Shown: positions 1 to 12,610, counted from the whole stretch's first letter. The stretch: 52,440 bases of DNA, filler included, from Catajapyx aquilonaris (GCA_000934665.2; 2 parts of 2 records of this genome joined end to end with filler, not necessarily neighbours in it); one strand, 5' to 3'. A program made the numbers and translations. Notes: generated from the letters alone by a model not told the origin.

Positions 1-97
1 CGACTGCTAATAGGGAGGTCCTGGGTTCGAAGCCCGGGGGCCGCCGACCCTGACCGTGGTTTTCTGTGGTTTCCCATGTTCTCACCAGGAAAATTCC
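1..97 (+). mobile_element. tRNA-derived SINE head (cut by the window start, interrupted at its 3' side)
   Basis: B-box-like GGTTCGAAGCCC at ~24-35, followed by a GTGGTTTTCTGTGGTTTCCC...CCAGGAAAATTCC core resembling arthropod tRNA-SINEs; not a complete tRNA. Confidence 0.55.
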
Positions 98-111
98 TTA
101 TATTATTCCTT

Positions 112-845
112 TTATTATATACAGCCCATCCAGCAGCTATTCCCCCGGAACCCCCAGCTCCTGCTCTCCGCCTCGAGAGGATGGGGGGCCAAGGAGGAGG
201 CCACGACTGGTACACGATAGTTCTCTGTCACCACCACCACCACCTCCGCCAACATCACTACCGCCAACATCACCATCACCAGGGCCTCGGGCTCGCCGGC
301 CCCGGGTGGTGGCCCCCGTACCATTTGTGCCACTGCTGAAAGTTGCTCTCTGGGTTAACCACAATTGTCATCAAATTGTCACCCTTGGTGAGGTGGCCGT
401 CTCCTGGGTGATGTGAGTCAAGAACGCCGTGTATGCTGTTCATTCCATGACAAGCAACCGTCTGGTTTGGAAGCCAGAGAAGATGACTTGAGGGAGAAGA
501 TAGCTGCTCTTGGCCCCTGCTAGCTGCTTACGTTATTTATGCATGTTTCCATTGAATGTGTGTGTTAGTGTATAATTGTTTTTTCATGTTATTCATATCA
601 TCCTAACTTCATCCATTATATTCTCTGCGTGCACCTCACCAGTCACCGGAGAATACATTATCATCGGTCAACCGGAGATGGCTTGGTGCTGCGTCACCTG
701 CCATTGCTGGCTACCCCTCCACGGGTTAATGCCGGTATGTATGTATGTATGTATGTATGTATGTATATTATTATTATTTTTATTATTTATTATTATTATT
801 CTAGCATGTGTAAACAGTACACAAGCACGATATGTTATAATTTCT
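112..845 (+). repeat. ~720-bp direct repeat, copy 1 (probable non-autonomous element or retroelement 3' end with (GTAT)n/(TAT)n tail)
   Basis: Near-identical to 3818-4525: about 8 substitutions and one 3-bp indel outside the microsatellite. Stem-loop ACCC-ctccac-GGGT precedes a (GTAT)n tract at ~735-766. Confidence 0.9.
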
Positions 846-1903
846 GGTGGCAGGTGGTCCTCAGGTTGAAAGTCTTCTGCAATAATTCTCTCTCCCCAGT
901 CTGCAGGGGAATCCTTCAGGGTCGCCGGTGGAGGCTTCGTCCAGGGTGACCATATTTTAAAGACCATTCAGGATACCATGCATTTGACATTGCAGAAGGC
1001 ATTTACGAAAATGGTAGGATGTGATTCTCCGATATGGCTATGAAACTGAGGATGAAAGCAGGTCGTGTTCAGACCTGGTGAGCTACATACTGTGTTCTGG
1101 GCAGTAGCAACTCTTGGAAAATACATTGAGGGAAGCGGAATTGATGAGGCTTGACTTGAAGCTGGTTTGTATTCATTTGTCACAATAACACAGGTTCTTT
1201 CCATAAAACATATGTACAGAGCTTTCAAAGAACACTGTCAATGTTCGAACAATACATCTTTTGCCCTCTTCCTCATTACTACGTACTTATTATATACTGT
1301 GTTAAAAAGTTCTTCACTAAAGCTAAATTAATTAAGAAAGTTATGCACTAGTTGTTGCATTCATTAAGGTCATATCACATGTTTCATGACAAGCGTTTGG
1401 TACGTTGGCAAATTTGCGCTTGATCGAAGAATTGATGACCAAAACCTGACAGGCAAGGCGTCAAATGATTCAGAGGGGGCGCTTCTATTACAGAGGTGTT
1501 GGCCGACTGGCTATGACCTGGGCTACTTGGTATGTCATGAAGTTATTATGTGAATGCAGTACATATTCTTAGACGCTAATGAGAACGTGCTTTATTCTAC
1601 TACCACAGATCAGTAAGGAGTATATGATATCATGAGTGACACATCCACAAAAGTATTTGTCACCTTCCCGGCACTAGCAAAAAAACTGCAACGTTACTGT
1701 GAAAAAGTGCGCTTTGATTGGATTCAGATGACCAATCACATTGAAGAGGATAATAATTATATATCTCGAATTACTTTAGTTTATTTATTTATTCTGCCAC
1801 TATGAGAAAATATGACCAAGAGTTTATCAACAATAACAATCAACTTGAGTGTGAACATGCCCACACAGACTCTATGTACAAAACTGTACGTTATGGCCAA
1901 TAA

Positions 1904-2029
1904 GGGCCAGTTTCACCGAGCTTGGTATATGATAAAACCAGGTTTCTTTCTAAAAATCCATACAATTTTGTATGGATTTTCAGAAAGAAACCTGGTTTTA
2001 TCATATACTGAGCTCGGCGAAACTGGCCC
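1904..2029. mobile_element. Palindromic PIF/Harbinger-type (Tourist-like) MITE, 126 bp
   Basis: GGGCCAGTTTC...GAAACTGGCCC; nearly the whole element is one inverted repeat, flanked by a 3-bp TAA target-site duplication (1901-1903 and 2030-2032). Confidence 0.85.
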
Positions 2030-2574
2030 TAAGGGCGACATTGTCATTCGCAACAAGAGGAAAGACGCCTCCCTGAGAGAGGGGGGCCTTAATTCGACAG
2101 CAGCTGCAGGAGCATCACACACAACTGTTACAACCATTTATCAAGAACCGGAGGCAGCTTTGGTCACAGATGAGATGGTTCTCTCTTCTGTAAGTGGTCA
2201 ACCGTATACAAGAGCCTCAGTGGGATACTCTCAGCTTTCTTCACCTTGAAAGCATTCGAGTTGCAGCTTTCCTCGGGGGATAATATTCTCACTGGCATGA
2301 ACGACCCAACTGTCAACTAGTATTTTTTTTTTTTTCTGGCAGTGGGTCCTCCCAAAATTCGTGGGCCTACATGAGCCTCTCTCAGCAGTAGCCCATGGGT
2401 AAACGGTAAAGTAAAATACAATGGCGATACCCGCATACTTCAAATTAATCATACACGCCGACTGGAAACCTGCCGATGAACCCAAATGAAGAGATATTTC
2501 ACTTTGCACTGCTAACGCTAAACAGGATCACCCAAAAACAGTCTCGGGCATGAACTCTTACTGAAAATGGTCAG

Positions 2575-2790
2575 ATGAACCATTCGCATTTCTTCAGGCA
2601 GCGTCTTAACCAATATTGGGTCGACATGTGCACCAAAATTAAAAAGGAACGCCTCTCTTTCATCCACAACAACAAGAAGAAACTTATAGTCAGAAATGAG
2701 GCTCATTTGATGGACCTTATAAATACCACTGGTAATGTGGAAAATGTTGGGTCAACTAGCCATTTGACTGGGGAACCAAGATATAGACCA
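2575..2790 (+). mobile_element. Helitron Rep/helicase N-terminal fragment (decayed)
   Basis: Translation FFRQRLNQYWVDMCTKIKKERLSFIHNNKKKL...GEPRY matches the Helitron_like_N pattern QY.VDMYAKIE.ERL.FIR.NQKKL...G.PRY; a related copy is at 20245-20430. Confidence 0.75.
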
Positions 2791-3794
2791 TTTGGTCCGC
2801 GTGCATTTTCGCCCGGATAGGGTCATGCGCGACTGGCGAAGTGCTTTTGAACTTTCTGAATTCCAGTTTGTTACCGCTTCCCCCGGCGGTAATGTTTTTG
2901 TGTGACGAACTCCGAGATAAGCTAACGGTGAAGACACCTTCAACGCGAAGCCTCTCTGTCGAAGACAAGGTGTTTGCTTCCTTCGCTTTTTCGGAACGGG
3001 AGGGTTCCAGCAAGCAGTTGGCAACAACTATGAACATGCCATGACCCAAAAAAATGTATGTGAGCAATTGCTTGAGGGACGTAAAAGAAGCACTGTAGGC
3101 TAATATGAAAAGACTGGTATCCTTTCCAACGCTGAATCGACAGGATCTCTTGAATAAAGGTGAGCTTTTCCGTTCATAATTTGTTGGTTCAGAGGGAGGC
3201 CTACCTTATTTCGGCGGTAAACCAAAATACGCGTATATGAATGTACGTACAGGAGTAAACAACATTATCCCAGCTCTGGTGGACCGTCAATCGTATTATA
3301 CAATAATTATATACAATAAGAGCTGCCTATAGTACGTATACTGGATGTGCAGTACACGAATTCTGCCAAAATATATGGTGGGTATGGTCATCCCTATTAC
3401 ATAACACTAATTTGCAACAGCAACATCATATTTTTCAGGATCATTCTGGAATATGAATTTGTGTACGCCCAGTGTATAATTTTTTAAATTGCTAATTCGT
3501 TATTATTTCGAGACCAAACTTATGAATTTTTAGATGCAATTTCGAGAAGTGTTCCTTCCCGGACATAGTGGGATCAGATGATGTGAAACCAGGTGTGTTG
3601 ATAACAGCCCCCGAGGAGAATCCTCACGTTTACATTAACAGAACGTCGAAGTACTCTGTTTACATACAAAGTGTGAGTATTGCCAAGCTTCTGCGCTTTA
3701 GTATGATAACTGCTGATTGTAGCATGTGAGCAGGCAATGATTCAAGCCGGGTATTTAAAGATGAAGATCCCCTAAGAGGATATGACACGGTATC

Positions 3795-3817
<23 letters not shown>

Positions 3818-3827
<10 letters not shown>

Positions 3828-4525
3828 CAGCCCATACAGCAGCTATTCCCCCGGAACCCCCAGCTCCTGCTCTCCGCCTCGAGAGGATGGGGGGCCAAGG
3901 AGGAGGCCACGACTGGTACACGATAGTTCTCTGTCACCACCACCACCACCTCCGCCAACATCACTACCGCCAACATCACCATCACCAGGGCCTCGGGCTC
4001 GCCGGCCCCGGGTGGTGGCCCCCATACCATTTGTGCCACTGCTGAAAGTTGCTCTCGGGGTTAACCACAATAATTGTCATCAAATTGTCACCCTTGGTGA
4101 GGTGGCCGTCTCCTGGGTGATGTGAGTCAAGAACGCCGTGTATGCTGTTCATTCCATGACAAGCAACCGTCTGGTTTGGAAGCAAGAGAAGAGGACTTGA
4201 GGGAGAAGATAGCTGCTCTTGGCCCCTGCTAGCTGCTTACGTTATTTATGCATGTTTCCATTGAATGTGTGTGGTAGTGTATAATTGTTTTTTCATGTTA
4301 TTCATATCATCCTAACTTCATCCGTTATATTCTCTGCGTGCACCTCACCAGTCACCGGAGAATACATTATCATCGGTCAACCGGAGATGGCTTGGTACTG
4401 CGTCACCTGCCATTGCTGGCTACCCCTCCACGGGTTAATGCCGTGATGTATGCATGTATATATGTATATGATTATTATTTCTAGCATGTGTAAACAGTAC
4501 ACAAGCACGATATGTTATAATTTCT
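3818..4525 (+). repeat. ~720-bp direct repeat, copy 2, preceded by a (TAT)n microsatellite
   Basis: Same sequence and same end points as 112-845; (TAT)n at ~3796-3823. Confidence 0.9.
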
Positions 4526-5639
4526 AAATTCATGCTTGAATCGTGCAGTTGACATGTGAAATTCACAGCAGTCGACATCCTTCCATTTGATATTGAAAAG
4601 AATTTGTCTCGACTATATATTTGCACACACGGCTGAACGCCTAATATTGAGTGTAGTTTCGATGTGGCCAGGCGATTCTCACATCTGGCCGAGGTGTAGA
4701 ATCACGGATGACTTTATATCAGGCGTGATTGGTCCTGGAAATCAACTGACTTGGCGACGGGCGTTGACGCTAGTCACCCTGCCTGGTCTCAAGAGTGCAC
4801 CTCCTGGTTGCGTCGTCAGTCACAGTTGATGCAGCGCATTGACTGTGGCGATTGCTTGAAAATTGGCCAGGGTATCGTGGGCACGAGTCGGGACCGTACC
4901 AGTTTGATAATTGATTGGGGGGGGTTAAGGAGTCTTTGGACATATCCCCCCCTCCAGGTGGGCAGCAATGTGGAAGACTTTGCAAAATCAAAAACCAAAC
5001 GGGATTATGCAGCCTTACATTCTCGCGGTNCCCCCCCCCGAACACTTGCGGGCTGTACTTTCTTTATCATTCTTGAAGGTACGCCCAGGGAGGCTCCCGC
5101 CAGACGGCTCGGGATCACTGGAGAAAGGTTTAAATGTAAAATATTAACAAAGATTTGACATTTTTATGCTATTACAAACGCATTTATTTACAAAATGCAA
5201 TGATGGTCACTGCGGAGCTCAGTGGAAGCATTATCTATATTCTATGCCATTGAATAAATACTGATTTTGAAAGCACACATGCAAGTCTTTTTAATGAATT
5301 GTTTCTAGTACTTTCACTGGCATGGGAAACCCAGTCGCAGTAGAAAAATGCATGTAAAGGTAAGGTATGTTTCAGCTACCTGGCATCAGGCACTTGTGCA
5401 TCAAGACTTGTGCAAGAGGTTGATTTTTAAAAAAATAACCCATTTACGAGGCCTTCACCGCGGAACATGGAGTCAACCCTCTCCGCAATTTGTGGAGGAT
5501 GAAAAAACAGTACTGGCGCCTGAAAGGGCACGCAGTTTAGCATATACAACAGGGAGGGCCAGGAAGCAGGGTGATTGGCGGATGAAACGTCTAGACACCA
5601 TCAGGGACATGGATTCCTCCGAGGGTATTTCTCCTATTC

Positions 5640-5790
5640 AAATGGATCGAGCTTCCTGCACCGTCGATGGTCTGGGCAACCTGCCCCTGAAGCGCTCTCA
5701 CAATTACTACCTCAAGGTTCAATACCAATATTGCACATCACAGAAGGAAGTGTGATGCGACTTATTTCTGGAAGAATTTCCAGAGGTTGG
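5640..5790 (+). pseudogene. YqaJ/lambda-exonuclease-like domain remnant (transposon-associated)
   Basis: GNLPLKRSHNYYLKVQYQYCTSQKEV*CDLF resembles the L.LK..H.YY.QVQ.Q......CDF motif of transposon-borne YqaJ domains; in-frame stop. Confidence 0.55.
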
Positions 5791-7629
5791 AAACCTTTCA
5801 GTGCTGCCTTGTTTCTCAAGATTGCAGATCTGCTTATTGCTCTCGGTTTGTAGATTCGCAATCCAAGTCACATTCTGAAGGCTCAAAGTAGAAACGTGGA
5901 GAGGTAAGATAGCAAAAATTGAAAGAAGGAGCCCGCATGATTTGCGATAGGCATGACACATGGAAAGCAGACATGAACATTGGCGGCATCAACCCAAATA
6001 TGCCTACTAACAATGACCCTTTCAAGGTGAGATGACTCCAGGTGTTACAAAAGTATGCTCTCAATGGCCTTATTTGCACGTTTCACTTCCTTAAAATACA
6101 CCCTTGAATCAATTATTTGAGTTTATGACTCATCTCTCTCACAGAGGGATCCCCTCTCTAATCAGTGGAGTAGCAAAAACCCTTACATTTATCCAGTTTG
6201 GCACTTCCTAAGTTATATTAAGCCAATAATCTGTGCAATGGACAGCCCAGGAGTAATAACAACTCCGTCACCGTTATTTATCCATTGAACGTTGCGTAAC
6301 CCAGCACCATGCATTGGACAGTGTAAAAAGTAATCCCAATTGCAATAGTTCATAGTGATGACTTCCAGAGACCATCCACTAGACAGAAATGAAGCTGGTG
6401 ACATGGAAGGAGAAATACCAGCGCCAATCGATGCCAAATTTCGACATGGGTGGACACACTTGTTTAATAAAAAGTTCGACGAGGTGAACCAAAGCTGCAT
6501 AGAGTATAGCATATCTTATGCAGTTTGTCCTCGTCCAGTCGATGCTACGAGTATGACAGCAAGTAGAGCAACTGATGTTTGGGTGAACACACTGAGAACC
6601 TACTTCCCCCAGTGCGAAAAGGAGGGCTGGGGACCTCTGTACTTTACTACTTTCTTACGTAATTTGACACCGACTTCTAATACAAAAATCATTCTATGCT
6701 AATAAGATGTCCCTCTGTCGTCGCTGCTTGTTAGTTTTTCAAATTAACCATTACTTTAGCCAAGAAAAATTCCGAAATATGGCGAAATCTGGATTTTTAA
6801 AAGCCTCATCTCAGCGCGATGGCAAGCAAAATTTCAACTTGGTAACAAGCAGCGCCAAAGGAGTCGGAGATTCTCTTTCAAAGAGCACTGACCTTACAAT
6901 ATTTTCCCGTGACCTGTGACCCAGAAAATAGCATAATATCTTACACCGTGGCACAAGCATCTCTCTCAGGATGTGGTTCTGCAGAAAAGAAATACTTCAT
7001 ATACCCCACTCTCAAGTAACACTTAATCTTACATATTCAAACATGTGTTGTTACAAAATTATTCAACAGTAGTTCTGTGAGTACACGACAGGCATCTCAG
7101 ACAGGTCGTGGGGGCGGGAGAAGATCTTGTGTCTCCGACGAGCTGTGACTGGGGCCATAAAACATCGAAAAGATGCACCAGGACCCATGTATCAAAACAT
7201 CCAGGCCCTCAGGCTACAGCTAAAGGAGTGTTCACTCTACACATCACTAACGGACTTAATGAACACTATAATGGAACACAGCAGGAGGCTCATCTGTGAC
7301 TAAGACAAATTGGCAGTAGAACACTTTAACGAAGAAGGGGGTAAGAGGGTGAACTTTTTCCTTAAGAGGTCATACCAAGCGGGTTGTGCAGCAGCTGTTG
7401 TATCACATAACACCGCGATCCCGCAGACCATGATGCACAAGGCGATGTACAACAGGAGCCCCAGCGTTAGCACACAAAAAAATGGATCTAAGGCGTGGGA
7501 AACATGCCAAAAAGCAGCTGACAAAGGGAAACGCCGCGTCAGAAAAATTAACAGTAAGACCTCTTCAAAGGTACGATTGGCAGCGGGTGCCGACTACGGC
7601 GAGAATTGCGCAAAGCCTGATATGTTACG

Positions 7630-7770
7630 GAGTTACGCAGGATGGTGAAACACTGCGAGTACTGGGGATTGACTGACAGCCTGGTGGTGGACCAGGTAAT
7701 GGCGGGAATCCTTGACAATGGGGTGAGAGAGAGGTTTCTGAGGACACAAAACCTAACACTGGACTCATGG
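7630..7770 (+). mobile_element. Ty3/Gypsy gag fragment
   Basis: RMVKHCEYWGLTDSLVVDQVMAGILDNGVRERFLRTQNLTLD fits the Gypsy gag pattern C.YG.L.D....D..V.GI.D..VRE.LL....LTL. Confidence 0.55.
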
Positions 7771-8349
7771 CCTCCACCGGCTAAGCACTAGGAGGCCCCT
7801 CTCCGGTAAAAGGAGGAAGGAAATTAAGGAAAGGGCCACAATTCTATTGCGAATAAAACAATGAACTGGGGGTCAACGATATTGACACTGGTGCCTCATG
7901 CTGCGACCATACTGAAAGCTCTCGGTGAAAAACGTCTAGAACAAGAAGTGGTCCCAAGATACATGAAGCGATCCACCTACTGAAACAGTTACATCCGCAC
8001 TGTCGTAATAATTGTGTAACAATCTGCGAGTACTAGGACCTATTTATTTTTAATTTACGTTACAGTAGTACTTGTATATAACAAGTATGCTCTCTATGTT
8101 TCACTGGTAAACGGAGAAAACCTCGGATTATATCTGTTTTTAAAATAACTCCTCGGGAGACAACTCATTTTTTTGAAATGTGGGTCTGTCATTGACTTTT
8201 TGCGTATCAATTTGCATAGTTTGATTCAAACACCGTCATTTTCTTGAAAGACATGCTGATGAAGAAGACACTGCCACTAGCCGCCAACAGGCAGGAACCC
8301 TTCCTCCTTCCATGGAAAGTGCAGCCCCTGGGAGAAGAAAAGAGGATGT

Positions 8350-9200
8350 GTCGATGCATGTCGTGTTGGGCCGTCGGATTGGGGACGTGAAATATTTCCT
8401 AAACCGATTGAAAGAAGCCAGTAGCAACCATGGGCCTTTCGGCTGAAACATGAACATCGTGGATGAAGCACCTCCGGAGCTGATGTCAACATTCATTTTC
8501 GAATGCAACATGCGTATATGCAGCGAGTGGAAACGAATGACCCCAAGCGCCACGGCTGCAGTGTACGGAACAATGTGCGTTGATGCAGGGTACCGCCAAT
8601 TGGAGGAATAAACTGCCGTCATGGACACTCCAAGCACCAGGACCACGGATACGTTGGCAGCGCTGCATCCGATGAGGCCTCAGGGGAAAATATAATTACA
8701 GCTGGCTAGGGAAAAAGGATACGTAGACGAAAATGGTACAGCCCTTTTTGAGAGTGATTGCTGACGGAGCATATGCGAGGAGACCTACGGAACTAGAAGT
8801 TAGTTCTCTTTCTGGGGTCGCTGCATTTGTTGAATATCATACAAGGGGGTCCAGAACCGGTACTACTGTATACAGTACAGTGTGTACGGGCAGAAAATGA
8901 AGGTGAAAAAGCAAATGGTGCACAAATGTTCCAGGATCTGGAGTGGCAGCGTCGGAAACATGGAAGCGGGCATTATAGCGAAAGGCCTCAGGTGCAACAT
9001 GGAGATGCCCTGGATGAAGTATGCGCCTCTTAATTGCCAATGGTAACTAATGTTTTCGGCACAATAATCCGCGAGAGGCCATATGGAAATTTCAGCGTCG
9101 AGACAACTGAGTGACGCAATAACGTTCTACGAAATTATGCAAACAAATTAAAGGAGATTGCGACGAACTCTAAGCTAAAATACATAAGCCTACGCGAGGC
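8350..9200 (+). mobile_element. Kolobok-type ('Mutator-like') DDE transposase remnant with frameshifts and stops
   Basis: Motifs in order across frames: GRRIGDVKYF; AAVYGTMCVDAGYRQLEE; KGYVDENG..VIADGAYARR; SLSGVAAF; GVQNRYYC; HKCSRIWSGSVGNMEAGII; E*RNNVLRNYANKLKEIA. Confidence 0.7.
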
Positions 9201-9737
9201 ACTTGATGCTAACATTGTGCAAATGCGAATGGCTGTCTTTGGGACCAGCTAGGTACTGGGATTCTCTGCATCACCGAGAAGCAAGCACACTGGTGAGACG
9301 AGAGGACGTGCAGCAGGCAGCTCCTGACGATACAAGGTGAACTCTACAACACGGGGTGCACTGGATACTTAGCCCAATTTGTTACAGAGATCCTTCCCGT
9401 GCCCCCGGTAATACAAAGTGAGAATTTCACTCAACTGTAAGCTACCAGAACAACAAAATTAACCCGTTTATATTTGATGGAATAATGGACGACATCATCC
9501 AATGAAGGGAATCCCACCAGAGGGGACCAACTCCTACGACCCTCCATGCCAGCTTCAGCTACGACTGGAAGCGCCGTCTGATACTTCTAACTCTCATGGA
9601 ACGGACTACTAACGATCGCACCAGTAACACCAGGAGGACCAACATTGCACTCAGGACGGAGCGGCCTCCAATACACAACGAGGAAGACAGTATAGAAACA
9701 TCGGCAGTTTAAGCATGATTTAGATACTGCCATCGAC

Positions 9738-9965
9738 TTGTGCAATAGGAAACGGGCGACCCATTTCAACTCGGTTAATACCGAGCCCGCGAACCTAAAA
9801 TGGTACCTCCAACAAATTGCGACGTCCAACGAAGCGCTCGTGTTAACAGTGGATCTACTTAAAGATCTAGTGATTAACCTTGAGAATCAATCACGCAGGT
9901 CGAATATCTTCATTTACGAACTTAAAGAAGGCCCACATGAATCATGGGACAAGTCTGCAGCCATA
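9738..9965 (+). pseudogene. LINE ORF1 (L1/Tnp22-type), N-terminal part, interrupted by a DNA transposon
   Basis: NLENQSRRSNIFIYELKEGPHESWDKSAAI is the coiled-coil/RRM junction (LEN.SRR.N..I.G..E); it continues at 11795. Confidence 0.7.
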
Positions 9966-9966
9966 T

Positions 9967-11792
9967 CTCTCTAAAGTTTTTGGAGTTAAATTGTAAGTCT
10001 TTCTTGGAGTTAATCAGAAAGAACTCTAATTGAGTTACATGTACACTACAGTGACTTAAAAGAACCTTTCGTCGAGTTACCATTAAACCCATAAAAAGAG
10101 TTATTGACAGAAAAGCTCTACAGAGTTGCACTGACTCCAATTGGAGTTAAAAGAAGGCCGGGTATGTGACCTTGGCGACTAATATTAGGGTAGGACGCCA
10201 CAGCCCCCATACACATCCAATCCTCAAGGCCTTTTTTTGAGGGGATTACTTTAGGATGTTACAAAATCATTATGTGAAATACACTGTGCTGATTTATAAA
10301 AAAAACTACTTTCAGATGACATTAATGCGGTGCTTGCCTTAGTGCACCTCATTCCCGAGGAGAGGGGTATAAAAAAAAGAAAACTGGCACAAGCTGGAGG
10401 AACTTTCTCAGGGTCTAAAACAGACCGCCTGATTGTCGTTACAAAAGTAAGTAGGCCTAAACATTATGGGACGAAACATTTATAAGTTACAGAGCAATCG
10501 TGTAATTACAATTTTTCAACGAACTTAATGAACATCTGCTCTTTCACAAGATGACCTAAGTGGTTCCTACTCTCCCCAAATTGTAACATTTTATAATAAA
10601 TGGCAGAGAAGAATGTGGCTTTTCAAAAAATGAAACATAAGGTACAATGAAACGTTGTAGTGAACTGTCTTGAGTGTTACTTCGCGTCAGCCACATTTTT
10701 TGCAATATGTTTTATGCCCACCTAATTTACCTAATATTTAGTGAGGATGAAATTTTTTGGGATATATTTATTCGTGTTCGTATCCCTTAATTGAAATATT
10801 ATTTACGATTGCTTCTAAAAAGGCAGATGTCCAGTACATAGCACATTACAAATGGTGTAAAAGATGACTCTTTGACGATGACCCCTGAGTGCTAAAAATT
10901 GATTACTGTCACCAATGTACTAAAATGTCGTTTTTCTAGGATGGAAGTGATGTGGAAGCAACAGCTGCTATGACGCAGCCTCGGCTACGATGCGTGGAAG
11001 GCACGCATCAGTATGAACTGGTCCTAGACCAGCATACAATTGACGTGGGCAGAAACTTCAGCCGGGCATTTAATATATTGTTTCAGTGCCATTATGTGTT
11101 CAATGTGTGTTTTGACCCTGTCATGGAAGGGTTTTATAACTTTCTGGCTACCTATTTTTTCCACATGAAAGGAATGCCCATGAAGGCAAGTCATGAGGCC
11201 TTATATTCTTCCATTGTTTCCTCTGAATAAATGGCTCATTTCATATGAAATCCTTTTTAATGTACTTACTTCAAAATTCTTTTACAGCATGCAGGCTGAG
11301 TCAGTAAAGTTTCACAGGCATTTACAATAAGGAGTCAGACGTCAGCAGTGAGTGTGAAGCAAACTGTTTTCAATCAAAAAAATTCTGAAATGTATGCGTA
11401 TACTCAACGATTCGGTCATTCAGCACGAAGCAATGTGAACATCTCCGATTTGAGGGAAGCTTTGAAAAATGTGACGGTAATAGAGTTTCATGAACTCTAG
11501 TTTCAGTTATAAATTTCTGCCCCTAAAAGAGTGACATGTGCCCGTCATAGAGTTTCATAAACTCTAGTTAGAGCTGACTAATTTCTGCCTCTAAAGTGTT
11601 AAATGTGCACTATGTAGAGCTAAAGGAACTCTTAGTTAGAGGTTAAATATTAACTCTAACACTGGAGTTATTTTGGAGAACTCCAAGGCTACATTTATTT
11701 TAACTCTTCAGGAGCTTGGAACTTTTAACTCTTACAAAGATGAAGAAAAAAAAATCAATTGGAGTTCTTTTTACTCCAAAATTTTTAGAGAG
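9967..11792 (+). mobile_element. Non-autonomous CACTA/EnSpm-like DNA transposon with TIRs, subterminal GAGTT/AACTC repeats and two exons of an accessory gene
   Basis: Left end CTCTCTAAAGTTTTTGGAGTTAAA; right end TTTACTCCAAAATTTTTAGAGAG; TA near both flanks. Internal exons ~10317-10446 and 10941-11230 end in AFNILFQCHYVFNVCFDPVMEGFYNFL, a motif I associate with CMC-transposon accessory ORFs. Confidence 0.7.
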
Positions 11793-11794
11793 TA

Positions 11795-12050
11795 GCTAGA
11801 GGTGTATTCGCCCGCTACCAGCTCCATCCTAACCCGAACCAGTTAAGAGATTGAACGCGGGCATCGGTTGGGCAAGATCCCAGGCAACCGACCACTCATT
11901 GTCCAACTCCTCTGTTTCCAAGACAAGGCCACAATTGTGAGCAATGCCAGGAATTTACAAAGTACCAATCTATTCTTGAGGATTTTGCCTCGCATACTAG
12001 CCAACAACGGAAGCTGCTAATCCCGTTCTTCAAGGACACCAAAGCAAGTG
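11795..12050 (+). pseudogene. LINE ORF1 C-terminal part (RRM/CTD)
   Basis: EIERGHRLGKIPGNRPLIVQLLCFQDKATIVSNARNLQ...EDFASHTSQQRKLL matches IERAHRLG...RPIIV.F....DK......EDF...T...R..L; contains frameshifts. Confidence 0.75.
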
Positions 12051-12409
12051 AGCAACCTTAGCATCTTGAAGGACCCAAAGTACGATCAGCAGGGAATTGG
12101 AGACGAAATGGAGGATAAGCTTCAGAAAATTGACCTCCCGTCCCCTAACCCAACCTTATCTACCCTCTTGACGCCCTGGAGCGATGACCCCTCATATAAA
12201 CCTGGATATGCAGAAGAGCTCGCTCTCTCCCTTCCCAACTTCTGACCTGACCAGCTCTCCTTCCTGCACTAGCACCATACAAAAAACCAAGCCATTTTCC
12301 CCTCCTTCCCGCCCCTCTTTACACTCTAGCCCCTTGACCATAGGACGGGAACCCGAACCGAGATCTGAGTAACGTCACCCCACTCCAGAGTACGCCCCAT
12401 CTGGCGTTA

Positions 12410-12610
12410 CAATATTCTATGCTGATGAAAATGCAGTCACCGAAACTGTACGGAGGCTATGGCGAGACAACACGCTACCTCTCCCCTCAGAAACGACATT
12501 CCTGCTGAGATACATCAAAAAGCTCAGACCAACTTATGGATTCGATGAGTACACATTCAAAATTCTGGCACAGAAAGTGAACATTTTGACAGTGAAGCAG
12601 AAAAACATGG
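12410..12610 (+). mobile_element. P-element/THAP9-like transposase fragment
   Basis: MLMKMQSPKLY/(frameshift)RDNTLPLPSETTFLLRYIKKLRPTYGFDEYTFKILAQK fits the SPK.Y..L......LPS..TL.....GF pattern. Confidence 0.6.

Noticed and set aside
968..1228. Minus-strand ORF with faint MULE transposase similarity (FHPQFHSHIGESHPTIF)
   Set aside because: A single short motif; too weak to call.
942..3396. hAT-like TIR pair CAGGGTGACCATA / TATGGTCATCCCTA
   Set aside because: The 8-bp flanks do not match as a TSD and the interior is unrelated debris; cannot be supported as one element.
3760..3795. ATGAAGA-TCC...GGA resembling a hammerhead
   Set aside because: Lacks the CUGA and GAAA core bases.
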